A stretch of 64,000 nt of DNA from Camelus dromedarius (lineage: Eukaryota), in the NCBI RefSeq assembly GCF_036321535.1, contig NC_087437.1, positions 70,496,001 through 70,560,000 of the forward strand, written 5' to 3'. The position numbers and the translations under genes are program-made. The notes below the pieces were generated by a model, which ran no database searches, was not told the origin of the DNA, and saw nothing but the letters and a program-made list of their open reading frames with translations. Positions 39,521 through 52,600 of this stretch are shown here, one piece after another (the stretch's first letter is position 1; each line of letters opens with the position of its first letter).

Positions 39521-41779
39521 TATGGAGTGCTACAAAATCCACTTGAAAAAATCAGGGTAGTATTTTGGCTATAATTTATTACAACACAGATATGATATAC
39601 AAGATACTCTTTTCTCTTTCCTTGATTCAAACCTTTTTCCAGCTTATAATCATGCCTTTCCCTATTTATTAGTAATTCATTCATGCCACCTCACTTCCCT
39701 TAAAAGTTAGTAGCAGCTTTACTGTAAGTCCTATAAGTACAGTGGGGAATTTGAGTGGATTCTTGTTTCCCTTCCTCTACAAACTCTATAGTAAGAATAA
39801 GTAGTGAGAATAATTGCGGTTACATATATTCATTTGTCCCATAAGACAAAGTGATCAGAAAAATCCAGAGGAAATGCAGATATGTCAGTAGTGTTTGTAA
39901 TGAGAGGGTGAACAACTGTCAAATTCAGTCTTAAAGAATTTTTTTTTAAATGCTAAATATCACCCGGGCTAATTAAACATCAGTGCCCTGCATGAGTAGT
40001 TAGCAAAAATGTATTTGGTTATTTATGTATTGCCAAATATGGGGAGATTTTCCAGCCCACTGGAAAATTTAGAATTGCCTCTCAGATACTAAAATAAGAA
40101 ACTGAGGGGGCATAGATGTGATTTGCTAATTCTGAACCAATGTGTTGCAACTGCTATGCATCGTGTGATACTAGGTATGAACTGGTATATTATAAAATTA
40201 AATTGTATTGTATAGTGCATTGTACTGTTCCATCAGATTTTGATATCCTCACTTTAAATAATTCATGGGAAGAAATGATCACTTCATAATGCCACAAACT
40301 CACAGCAGGCAAAACTAATTTTACACAATATGAAAACAGATTTTATTTATTTAAAAGGAATATTAAAAAAACACAACAACAACTTTTTTGACACCAGCTG
40401 CTGAGAAATAAATAGAATACTTTATGACATAAAAAAAATCTAAATCTATAAAAGCTGTTCCCAGGAGACCAAGTTGAGAATTGTAAAGCTACATTTAAAT
40501 CCCCTGGTCAATGTTATAAGCCGTATTTTGAGGGAAAAGTACCCTTCCATCTTGTTTACTCCCTGTGGGAATAAAACGGTATTGGAAGAAAATTAGCTTT
40601 ACAAAAACCTTCCTGACACCCACAACATAATTTCAAGGACATGGCAAGCATAAGTATCACTCCAAAGACCCGTCATCAGGCCAAATAACATCTATAGGTA
40701 AATGGTAACTCATATCCCTAAATAAAAACTAGAAATTATTGCTTAACTTTGCCCAAACTAGACCTTAACTGACAGTGGAAAATAATATTTTGGAGTGACC
40801 ACAACATATTTCCTTTCACTGTGGCTTTAAGAATGGAATGAGGAAATAAGGTGAAAATATAAAGAGACCATTTTATTTGGAGGAGTTTATTAGATAGACT
40901 TTTTAAAATACAAATATATAAATATCATACTTTTTTGATACAAATAGCAAAGAATACAGGCTTCATGTTCAATTTGATAATAACTCCATATCTGACTCGA
41001 TCAGATGCTGGCTTCAGACAAAGAACGGGACCCATGCCATGGGTGGGTCTGGGTTTAATCTCAGAAGCGTGAGGGTCCAGGCATCCAGGCAGTTTGCAGC
41101 CCTCTTCCCTGAAGCTTCAGGGAAAGAACAAGTGTGGAGAGGGGGCAAGGGTTGTAGTGAGGAAGCTAAGAGATGGACAAAAGAGAAAGAAGAGAGCAAA
41201 GTCTTAAAAAAAAAATCAGATATTTTATCACCAAAGCAATGAAAACATGCTGTTAGTAATATAAATGTTGTTTATTGAATTTTTCCTTTAAAAAATGTTT
41301 AACTTAAAAACTCTTACTGACAGTGGGAATGTAAATACGAAGCTGGGAGACTGACTCACTAGCAGAAGTTTATTATTATCTCTGATAACAGCTGAATTCC
41401 AGTCTTCTTTGTGTACTATAAAATGGGGCAGACTTGTATATCCATGGCGTCACAGGCACCGTTGGAAGGGCTTTGTCTCTGGTTTTGCTATAAATTTTCT
41501 TCTTGAGGGCTTATAAATCAGGAATTAGAAATTTGTTTTAGATTTCTTAGATTTTGAAGGCTTACAAATTTGGAGAGACTCAAATTTGGTGCTATTCTTT
41601 AACTTTTTAAGATTTAAAATACTTTACAATATAACTGAGATTTAAAACATTCAAAAGGTATTCCCAAACTCTTTGATGTCATGGTGTTTTTAGTAGCTTT
41701 CTGTATTTTCTGGGGACAATATCGTATACAGAGATCAAGGGTTTTCTTTATCCTTGATATGTCAGTGCAGTCTGATAGG

Positions 41780-41914
41780 TACATTCGCAAAGTTGCTTTG
41801 GGAATAGTAGAAAGAGCATTGAGATTCCAATACAGAAGGTCAAAGTTCAGAGTCTGGCTTGATTCCACTTGAGAATTGCCGACTTTACACAACTCAGTTT
41901 ATCCTTTCTGTGCC

Positions 41915-41964
<50 letters not shown>

Positions 41965-42062
41965 TGTCAAGTAGGATTAATACTGTCTACTATAAAGTTC
42001 TCTTCCTATTTGGTGAAATAATAGGAAAGTTCTTAGGAAAGCTTAAAGTGCTATGAAAATGT
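41780..42062 (+). mobile_element. MIR SINE interrupted by a microsatellite
   Basis: tgggaatagtagaaagagcattgagatt...gttcagagtctggcttgattccact...ctgtcaagtaggattaatact...aaagcttaaagtgctatgaaaatg. Confidence 0.65.
41915..41962. repeat. (TTA)16 perfect microsatellite
   Basis: 48 nt uninterrupted; explains the poly-Tyr ORF in the track. Confidence 0.95.
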
Positions 42063-43844
42063 TGATTTAATCCTTTTAATGAATATTATATAAAGTCTTT
42101 CTCAAAGGCAATAATGTTGCATTTTAAGGGATGATTTTGTACAGATGCAATGTAATATATGTAAAAATGACTGTTTCTTCTGTGTTCTGCTATAACACAG
42201 CCAGAATTATCATGCAAACATTAACCAAAACAAAGCTGGTATAGCAGTGTTAGCATCAGACAATCTGAGAATATTGTAATGGTTTTTCAGTAATTCAATG
42301 TAGATAGGCCAGAATATTTTCTGATGTATAGAAAGAAATAAAACCAGGTTCCAAAATTTCTGATTTCATTTCTTTGGGTTTTTTTTTTCCTAATATTTCT
42401 ACCTTTTAGAATATAAAGCTCATATCCTTTTTACTGAAATCTTTATTTCAGCATCAAGTTTTTCTTCACAATACAAGGGCTACAGATAGAATGAAAGTTA
42501 AACATTATTTAAGCAGAATTATTTAAAGGCCCTATTAGTGTTAGGAAATTGTAGATATCCTGAAATAAGTTGTCACCTTTCCACCTGCTCAGACAGGTGC
42601 TATAAGTCAATTATCAAAAATAGAACATTGGCCTGAAATATTCATCTGTTTTTATATAAGAACAGAAATGGTCACATCTAAGTTTGGTAGGGGAGATTCA
42701 TTCAATGCACTGATTTAGTATGTAAGATTTGAAACATCATAGCTGTCCATGCAATTAAGAATGCAATTACATTTACATGTTGACTCTGAGCATAGAGATT
42801 TTTAGAAATAGAAATGATAATGTTTCATAGCTTTTAGGAGTACAGTGACACCATTTGTATTTACAGAAAAATGCATTGTTAAAATGCACTCAGTTTAAAA
42901 CATCAAAGATTTTGTCATTAGTGAATTTGGGGTACTTGTCCCTTTGCCCCCTTATGGAATTTACTTTTTTGGAATAGATACACTGTCTTTGAAGACAGTT
43001 GGTTTGCTGCTGACACCAGGTCTTTATTAAATTTAGAGATGAATGAGAAGGCACATGAGCAGCATGGCCATATTCAGCCATAGTTAAATTAGCTGAATGT
43101 TATGCATACCACTGAATAAGGTGATTTTTGGAAGGGAAGAAGTAGTCCAACATGGATGCCCTTTGTAGAAAAGAGTATTTAATGATTATTGTATCAACTT
43201 GATGTTCCATCCAAACCTGGCATTCGTGTTTACCCAAAGGACTGCTCTGAGATTCAGCAAGATGATTGAAAATGGACTAGCCCAGGTGGGGCAGTGAGAG
43301 GGCAGTATCTGTTGACATGACAGAATAGGGTTTTTGGTTATCACCTCAAAAGTAACATTAAATTCTTTTCTATGCAATTGTAATATCTTTCATTTTCCAG
43401 GAGATCTGTCCATAGAATCTAAGAGGCTTATTCTCTGTCATGGAAATAATGCAGTTGAGTTGCTTGAAATCTCAAAGATTAATATAAATGTTCAGATAAA
43501 AAGTTAGCATTTTAATGGTAGTCTTCAAACATAATTAGTAATGAAATTTAAGCAGGGCCTAAGGGAATAGGACCATAGAATCCTAGAATAAAATTGTATC
43601 ATTTCAGACGTAGAAGTATGGTCCTGTTCCTCTGTGTAACATACGAGGTAGGTAAAGTGATTAGTGCAAGATCCCCAGGTTGGAGTATGTGAAAGACCTG
43701 GGAGTAGATGCAGATCTCTGGTCTCCAGTCAAGTGCTTTTTCTAGTAGAGCTAGATTTCTTTGTATCTGGACAATAAAGTCAATTTCATAGAATGATGTA
43801 GGTCACAACTTTTCTAGGCAGTTGTGTCCATCCACTCTTGTAGT

Positions 43845-44115
43845 ATCAATAACAATGGCAAACATTCATAGCATTTACAACCTGCGAGGCAGGACCCTAG
43901 TTGTTCTACTTAGTCTCTCCTTCAATCTTCACAAGATGCCTCATGAAGAAGGTGCTTTTGCTATAGCCATTTCATAGTTGAAGGAACAAACTGAAGCATA
44001 GGGGATTAAGTAAATCCACAAGGAAACAGGTATATTAAGTGGTAAAGCTTGGATCTGAATAGACTCAGGCAGTATGAGTTCCAGGAACTGTGCCCTTAAC
44101 CACTATACTATGCAT
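43845..44115 (-). mobile_element. MIR SINE
   Basis: aataacaatggcaaacattcatagcatttac...ttcaatcttcacaaga...aactgaagcataggggattaagtaa...gtgcccttaaccactatacta. Confidence 0.8.
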
Positions 44116-44189
44116 TCTCTCAAGCATGTGTTAGTTATATACCTGCTTAGAAATGGAATAAGTTCTCAGTGTTGCAGAAGAATGGGTTT

Positions 44190-44460
44190 CAAGAAAGAAT
44201 AAAATATAATGTTGAATAGTAGGCATACCCATTATGTAAAATAAAAGATTGAAAGAACTGGAGAATTTTACCTAAAAAATAAGAAACTATGAGAGAAATA
44301 TGATAGCTATAGGAAAATAAGATTATAATTGTTTTCAGTAACTATAGAGCAAAACCAGGACCAATAATATGTGGGAATTATAAGGAGGTAGGTTCTGGCT
44401 TAATATAGCAGTGCAGTAATCAGAACAGGCATCCTTCTTAGTGAGTTCTCCGTCTGTGTG
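44190..44460 (+). mobile_element. CR1/L3 3' ORF2 fragment
   Basis: aaagattgaaagaactggagaattttacctaaaaaataagaaactatgagagaaatatgatagct resembles the RLKELGLFSLEKRRLRGDMI region; followed by aaaaccaggaccaat and aggttctggcttaatata. Confidence 0.7.
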
Positions 44461-44589
44461 TTTACTGGTCGCATGGCTGGTCTCTGTTGCTGGAGACAGA
44501 ACTGCTGCACTGGAATAGCACATCACAGTACAGCTGTGCTTAGTCAGGTGAGAGGTAAGGGACACCATTAATTTCACCTGAAACAGTAT

Positions 44590-44830
44590 TGTAAGGCATG
44601 TAAGGGCAAGAGCTCTGGCTTGGAATTCTGGCACCATCATTTATTAGCTGAACTTATTTATGAACTTAGTCAGGTTACTTAACTCTAACTTCTCTGAGTC
44701 CCAATTTTCTCATCTATAATTGGGATAATGGTATTAATCTTCTAGAGTTGTGGCGAGGAGGAATAAATGAAACCATTATGTAAAATGCTTAGCACCGTGC
44801 CAGGCACATAGTAAGTGCTCAGAAGATATT
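44590..44830 (+). mobile_element. MIR SINE
   Basis: ttctctgagtcccaattttctcatctataattgggataatggta...tgtaaaatgcttagcaccgtgccaggcacatagtaagtgctca. Confidence 0.9.
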
Positions 44831-45539
44831 TAATTTTTCAGGAGTGAAAGATTCATTAATTTTTCAAAAATGCACTACAGTGCTAATTACTCTTTCATAT
44901 GGAAAAAGAGTCTTGGCCTAGCAAGTAATAAGTGGTAGGACTTTATGCTAACTGATCCCTCACTGCCTTTAGATAAGGTCACCGTGGACTCTGGATTGTG
45001 AAAAGTGCTTATAAAGGAAGCTTTGTAAATCAACTTATTTAAAATGCAGTAGAGCAACTTATGATTTAAAAGCATCCTGTGGTGAATCCTTTTATAATGT
45101 GAATAATCACCCCCTAATTTATCTGTTTGGTAAGTTCAGAATTTGGCTTATTGAGTCTTCTTAAAGCAAGGAGTACACCTGCACTCTTATTCCTATAAAG
45201 TAGGCAGTATTTTCATGCTGGGCTGACTTTCAGAGAAATACAGGGTGCCTCTTAGATTTAGGATGGCATAGTCTGGGTAACCACAGGAACATACACGGTC
45301 ACTCTAGTCAATTAGAACATTAATTGTACTTTGTGATGTGTACATTTTTAATGAGCATGCAAGCTCATATAGGCCATTTGACCATTAGACCATTGCACAT
45401 AGGAATTTTGCCTGAATTGGTGACTTGGATACTTAAAAGCAAATTTCTTTATATCTCTTTTTCTTTCTCTGAAATTTCAGTGGAAGTCAACATGAAATTA
45501 TAACATGATACATAGATCCTTCAGGAAAAACCAAACAGC

Positions 45540-45720
45540 AGTGGAAAGTTGTTCAATAGAAAGAACACTGGGTTAACAACCCTAAATAAGACTTGCCACG
45601 AACTAACTGCATGACATGGGATAGGAAGCTACTTAGTTTTGCTGTGTCCCAGTGTCCTAATTGTAAAATAATCAGGTTAGACTCTGATCTTCTATACAAC
45701 CTCAAGCTAAAAGTTTTTAG
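45540..45720 (+). mobile_element. MIR3-like SINE
   Basis: gccacgaactaactgcatgacatggg...tgtcccagtgtcctaattgtaaaataatcaggttagactctgatct. Confidence 0.6.
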
Positions 45721-47591
45721 TGCATCTTATTCACAAAAGGAGGTAAAACTATTTTGTTTCTTTCTTTCCAATAGAAAAAATAGAATAGGAAATCGTAGAA
45801 TGAATACTTATGATAGTTAAGAGGTTTTCTTATTCTTAATCAACAGTACTTGTCACTCTGCCTCAGCTTGAACCCTCTTCTGCAGATCTGATGATTTTAT
45901 AAAACGTATTTTGCTATGATATAGAAATGAATACGAACATGGGCAAACTTAATCCAAATAGGTCTTTTCTCTCATCAGCCAGCAAACATTGACCTGTATT
46001 TGGAGAAACTTATATATATTTGAGAGAAAGTGACCTCACCCACAATGAATTACATGTAGGGCTAAAATAATTGTACCTTTTTATTGATTTCCTTTATTTT
46101 CACAGTATGCATGGGAATTTTGCCAGTTCTGTATGGAGTGCTTTATGCTTATTTATAACCAACTTGGATAAGGTACACTTTGAATATATGCTGGTGCCTC
46201 TGCTCTGCAAGTTGAATGAGGGGATAACATGCATCAGATGTGTGTGCTTCTCAAAGAAGATCCCTTAAGAGCTCAGGTGACTACCAGAGAGCTCTGAATC
46301 CACTGTATAATTTCCCAACTTTTCATGCAATCCATGCATTATTAAATGAGAATTTAAAACACATGTTTATACAAATTTATTCATTCTAAAGGACTACTAT
46401 ATAGCCCTGAATTTCTTATTTGTAGAAGCTTCAAGGTGATTTTTGAGAGAAATTGTTAAACTTAATTCAATTAGGTAATAATAATGAAACTTCAAATTTA
46501 ACCAAATTGGAAATGCAGACAAAAAGCCATAGTCATCTTCAGAATTATCCTATATCAACCCTAAGGATGCTAAAGCCATCAAGTTTGCAATATGTGTGAT
46601 AAGGTCAACATGATGCCAGGCATAATGGCCAGTGGCCATCAGTAATTTAGAAGAAATTTTACATTCTGAAATGAAGAATTCTACTTTGTCTTTAATTTTT
46701 ATTCTTAAGAAGAACATTGCTATGTATGATTATATGTCATTGTGGATTTTTGATGTGTAGACAAACAAACAAAAAAAACTCCTCAGTCTTTCTCATAAAT
46801 AAAAAAATAAACATTACAAAGTTAATCGCAAAGTGTCCATGTTCCATTTACTCTTAAGAATGTAGCAAAAACACTAAGCATAGAGAAGGCAGCTATCATG
46901 AGGAACAAATACAATAAGTCATTTGGTATGAATTCAAGAAAGGTGAAATTAACAATTACAGAAAAAAATTCTAACATAGAGTAGAGATTAAGATTTATTC
47001 ATGTGTCATCCTATCGGAAGCATAGTACTGAAATTTCTACACGCAATAAAGGATCAAGAAACATTTATTGAATACCGATTCAGTGCTTAATATTTGATGT
47101 CATTGTAAGTATAAATAATAAATATATAAATAATTGCTTCAGATTAATTCAACTTGACAATAAGGTTACACTAAGGTCCTATAGAATAATTAAAATCCTT
47201 TCAGTAGATATATAAATTATGAACCTATTTCAAGATTAAAATATGTTTGCAAAAATATATTTGCAAAAATAGCTCCATTAGTTAACCCCATTTAATCCTG
47301 CTTTGGTATCTCAGGAAATTTCTATAGCTTTTCTAGTTAGAATGTAGACTTTTGGAGACCTCTGTGGGTCCTACATTTGTGAAGCCTACAAGTATACTAC
47401 CAGTAGAAACAAGGCAGATACAAAGGAGAATAAGAACTAGCCCAAGGTCTCACTGAGATATTCTTACATCTGTATTGAAGTATTGGATATGAGTTCCATG
47501 ATGAGGTCCAAGTTATGCTAAGGCAGAATCTATTTTCTAAGAGATACTTGGTTTTCTCACTGGAGAATTGACAACTCATAAAAGCCCAAGA

Positions 47592-47605
47592 GCACCCTCT
47601 AGTGA
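47592..47605 (-). promoter_or_regulatory. CTCF-like motif TCACTAGAGGGTGC
   Basis: 12/14 match to CCACTAGAGGGCGC; one mismatch is consistent with CpG decay. Motif match only. Confidence 0.35.
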
Positions 47606-48409
47606 AATTTCTGGGGTAGGCCTGGGGGCTTGCTCTTGGCCTGGGCTTTCTTTTGCAAATGACCTTTTATCAACCAAACTATAGAAGGTAGATTTCGAGT
47701 ATTTGGCTTTATCTTCAAACAATTTCCAGAACACAAAGAAGGTGGTATACTCCTCGAGTATTTCCAGTGGTAGAAATGCTTAAACATTAGGACCAAATAT
47801 TTCATTGTTTCCATGATTTTGTTTGTTTGTTTTTACTCACAATACCATCCTGTCACACATGACTTCTACTTACAGTCATGTGTTAAAATAGTCCCTGAAA
47901 CTAATATAACTAAAGAAATAGTGAGAAGCATGAGAAATGTGTTACTGAATTGTAATACTTCTCCCCTTCCCTCCACCTTTCTCATGCCTCTTACTCTTGG
48001 CTCAGGTACACTACATCCAGGAACTTTTTTAGTACTTGGCAATATTCGAGGTCAAGGGTAGCAGGCAGAGATTTTAAATAGAGGTCAAAAATTATAGGAG
48101 GGGTCAATAAGATTAAGTCCTAGTATTTATGCACTTCTGAGTTTTATATGATCTGATTACTGCAAAGATACATTTTCACTTAAATCTTGTGCAGAAATGA
48201 AAATGACATATCCTGCAATGTTCAAGATAGCACCCTATTATATCAGAGCTGCAGTTAGAGAGATGAGTACAAGGCGGGCCAGATCTTTGCTGTAATTTAG
48301 TTAAAGCTGTGAGTATAATATCACTCATTTAGATTAGTAACTGTTACATAATAAATGAAACAAAGGTAAATCATTACTTGACTTTGTAGATAGCTTGTTA
48401 CTGAATGCT

Positions 48410-48580
48410 ATTATTGGAAGTAATCTTTGAGACCTAAATCTCCCCATTTTAGGAAAATAATAAAACTGATACACCTAATAGTTAAGCAACTTGCCCAAGA
48501 TGATACAATTTGATGGGGGCAGCTTCAGGACTATAAGGTAGGTCCATCGTGCCCATTTTAGTGTTCATTATGCTACAAGA
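48410..48580 (-). mobile_element. MIR SINE
   Basis: ccccattttagg...aaactgatacacctaatagttaagcaacttgcccaagatgatacaa. Confidence 0.65.
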
Positions 48581-49494
48581 ATTCACTCATTAAAGAGCTT
48601 GCAATGTAATTTTGAACAGTTTCATTCTCATTGGTTATTGGTTTTTATGCTTCTAATAATCTATGGATATGTCTTCATACTTAAAGTGAGAAAAAAAGTG
48701 TATACCTTCCAACTTCACCTCTTTTTATTTCTACTTTCATGTATGGAAGAATAAGTTACTCATGTGACTTAGGAAGAATACAAAAATATAACCGTTTGAC
48801 TTGAGTCATACTTATTTATTAAAACACTACACCACACGGTGTTAACTTTGCACAATAAAAAAATGGGGATACCGACTGATATTCTAGCATTACCGATAGC
48901 CACTCCTATGGTCCTGTGTTCTAATAGTACTTACCTTCTAGTACTAATGGAAGATTACGTGAGTGAATGCAAATAAAGCGTGTGGAACATAGTTAACATT
49001 AATTAATTGCGATATCTGTATTGAATGTTAATGTCTCATTTCAAAAAAAGAACAAGACATTCTTAGGATTATCCAGTAGAGGTCAGTGCTATGAACTCTT
49101 AAATACTTTTTTAGTATTATAGTCTGATTTTTTGAAAATTAAAACAAAAAACTCCAAGATCTCTCCAATTTGTTGTTGGTTGAGCGTAACTGCATAAGAA
49201 ATTGCCGTTTGTCAAGTCATATCCCATATGTTCAGTAGAAGTTTGTGATTCTTTCATTTCTCAATTCATTATTAGATTTTTAGTCTTGGCTTTAACCTTA
49301 CTCCTACCACATCTGACCTTAATATTCAACCTTCCGTTCATATTATTGATGGTGTTTAGTAGGTAAGGTGATTGTGTACGGCAACTCAAGGCATAGTTAT
49401 ATACCTTCAGTTTTGCTGGAAAGTTAGTACCTTAGTGAAGTTTTGTTCCTTGTTCTTCGCCTACTTTGCCATTTCTCAACACACAGTATCAGTA

Positions 49495-49620
49495 TTTAGA
49501 ATCATAAAACCAGCAAATGTTAGAGCTAGAAGTGATCGTAGATATCAGCAGGTCTGATTCCTTCATCTTACAGACGAAGAAACTGATAACCCAGCAGGGA
49601 AGATAACTGGTTGAGTTTCA
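49495..49620 (-). mobile_element. MIR/MIR3 SINE
   Basis: tagaatcataaaac...gttagagctagaag...cttcatcttacagacgaagaaactgataacccag. Confidence 0.7.
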
Positions 49621-52600
49621 TTCTACTTACTGACTGAGTTTCAGTGATAGAAGATTGTATTTCCTTATTTTTCTAAAAAGATTGAATCTGAAGAAACAAG
49701 TTATCTCTGAATTTTACACTGATACTCTGAACCAATAGATTGACAACATAACTCAGTGTTATCTTCTATGAATAGATAATACACAGTATTTTAAACCTAC
49801 CTACTTGAGAGTACAGTGTGTCATGTATGCCTGCCAGTTTTTATTCCTGTCACTTTGCAATGATGCTAAAATCCACATAGAAACTCTTAAGTGATTATCT
49901 TTAAGGATTTTCTTCTCTGGCTCTGCAACTAAACAGTCTGAGTAGTAAGACTGCATAGTCCCTGCGTGGTCTACCAAATACTTCCAGGAAGTGGAACCCC
50001 CTTCTGGAGTTATGAGAGAAACATCACTTCTAAAATGCCTTTAAAAGTACTCCAGCATAAGCATTACACTGGAACATTTCATTAGCTTTTTGAGAACAAT
50101 AAAGAAATGTGGAGCATAATAGGCTAATATATTTAAGTGGCCTTGGTAGAACTCTACTTAACTCAGCGGGATTTTCTGCAGCATGCAGAGGTGGAAAGCC
50201 ATTCCCTACATATTTATTGCGTAGGACGGCCTCCTTCTTTATTGCATGCAGTTTGTATCAAAGAGAAGTGACTTTCCACCTGTAATTCTAAAATGAGGAG
50301 AGTCTCAAAATACAAGTTTTATAAGAGTCAATATTTAGATATGATGATGGATAACCAGCAGCGTGGGCTTTTGGCACTTGGGATTTCTGTCAGTAAAGAT
50401 GGAAGAGGAGCCAACTTCAATCTCAGTATTTCCTATCCTCTTAGGACTTAAATATCCATCAGGATATTAAGATTTGTGATGTCCCTAAATTCCTGAAGAA
50501 AAAGATAACATGTAAGCCAAACCTTATTGGTTACAAATAATAAAAATAATTAAATTATTAAAAATTTTTCCGTTACTTAAGCCAGCAATAAAACTGTCTA
50601 CACAATATCTTGAATTATGCAAAATGGTAAGTTAATGAAAAATCTGTGAAATGGCAGTTTGTGTAGTTTTATTAGGATTCCAAGTGGCTATGCTGAGTAT
50701 ATTGCTGGACCTGCAGTATGATCCTTGCCAATTCTCTTTATCTCTCTGAGCTTCTATTTTCTCTGACATAAACTGGAACTCATTAGTCTTCAGAACACTG
50801 TGATCATTGAGATTTTCTTGCGCTTTTAGAGAAAAAAAGTATAAATTAAGCCCATTATAAATTATAATATTTTAAGTAAGTTCAAATGGACATACATTAT
50901 GACAAATCAAAAGTTTCCCCATAGGTGTTGGTTTCCTTTGTGTAGGTAAGTTGTCACCAAAATTTGTTGAAAAGTAAGAATTCTTATTTGTGTGACATTG
51001 AATTAGTGATGGGAAAAAAAAAAGCTTCTTGAATGACAGCTCTGGTGGCTGAAGTGGCATATTCAAACCATTATGTTTGTTTGTTTCACTTACTATCAAA
51101 CTCTTAGAATTACTATCAACTGGTTATATTGATAGATGGAATCTGTCTTTCAGTTCCAGCATGTGTTTGTATCAAAGTTTCTCTTCATTGGATTTTGGAA
51201 TCTATAGGCAAAATAACACAGAAACACAAATGTAAATCCCAGCTGTAATTGTTTCTCAGCATTTGGTGACATCATAAATCCATTAAGATTTATACTCATA
51301 TCATATTGTAAATATCACCAGAACCATTCAGTAGGAGGATGAAAAAACTCAAAACAAAACTTGAAAGTAATGCATATGCTTCTTTCTCACCATGAGAAGT
51401 GTTTCCTAGCTACCCTATTTACCCCAGTGGAATTTTGCAAAAATGTTCTTGGTGCCCAAAGTTGATCTAACAAAGAATCAAGTGGGCTCATTTTAAAATT
51501 CACCCCTAAATATGTTTGCTGGTTTTGAAATTCTGATTTTTGTGCTTATGTAATACAAAAACAGCTTTGGTTTTAAAACAAAAATTGGCAAAAATACTAG
51601 TGCATTATGTGTTCTAATCACGTATGGTGTTTTGAAAAAAATAGAATCAAAATTGACAAAATTGTTTCATTGGCATTGCAGTTCAAATGCCTGGCATTTT
51701 GTTCTCACAAGTTGCATAAAATGAAAATAAAAGCAACGGATATTTCTTAAATGAGTAGTATATGAACTTAATTGATTTTCATATGACTGCACTACAGACA
51801 TTAAGTTTTTATTCTGCATTTTTGTATTCTTTGTTTTATAGGGTTTGCTATATTTTGGTTTATGGTCAAGTCTGTAATGTGCTTTAGCATCAATTTTAAA
51901 GTATCTAGGGTTCTCAAAAAAAGTTCCTATCAATGATATGTATAGTGCCAAATTCTAGTATAAATGGCCCAGCTTTCTTTGATTTTTCTTGTAAGTGCTT
52001 TTCTTGGTAAACTATATAAACTTAGAAACAGAAGTTTCCCTGGCTCATATTATACTCAAGAGACAATGATGATACTGAAGTCCTTTTCATAATCAGGGCC
52101 TTTGTAGAGACTGTCCAGGTACTCTTAGCCAAAATATCCTTCTCATTGTACACTACTCCAGGGCAACATGTGGTGTGCCAGCTGGATGCCCTCCCTACAT
52201 GCCTCAGGTGGCCACATTTCAATGGTGTCTATAGAGCACAGGCCAAATTCTCATTCTCTGTGTTAATCAGTGGGAGAATTCCCATAGAAAATGGGATGGA
52301 AGCATATTTTAGGAAAACTCAAAGAGATTATCCAGATGATTAGGCCAGGACATTGTAAGTTCGGGTTTTATGTAGAATTTCTATAGCGTTATCTTACTTG
52401 ACCAAAGAATACTAGAAAATTTGGAGATATTTCGAAATTAAAAATAATCATGCTTTTTTATTCCACTGTGATTTCTCCAAAGAAAATTCTACAAAAATTT
52501 TCTTTAGATACAATAGGAGCTCATCTTGATTCATAACATCAAAGACAGCTGATGTACCCAGTAATATAATTTGATTGAATTTTTTCCCATGATCTTGAAA

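Noticed and set aside
41859..42056. Poly-tyrosine ORF
   Set aside because: Artefact of the (TTA)16 microsatellite inside a MIR.
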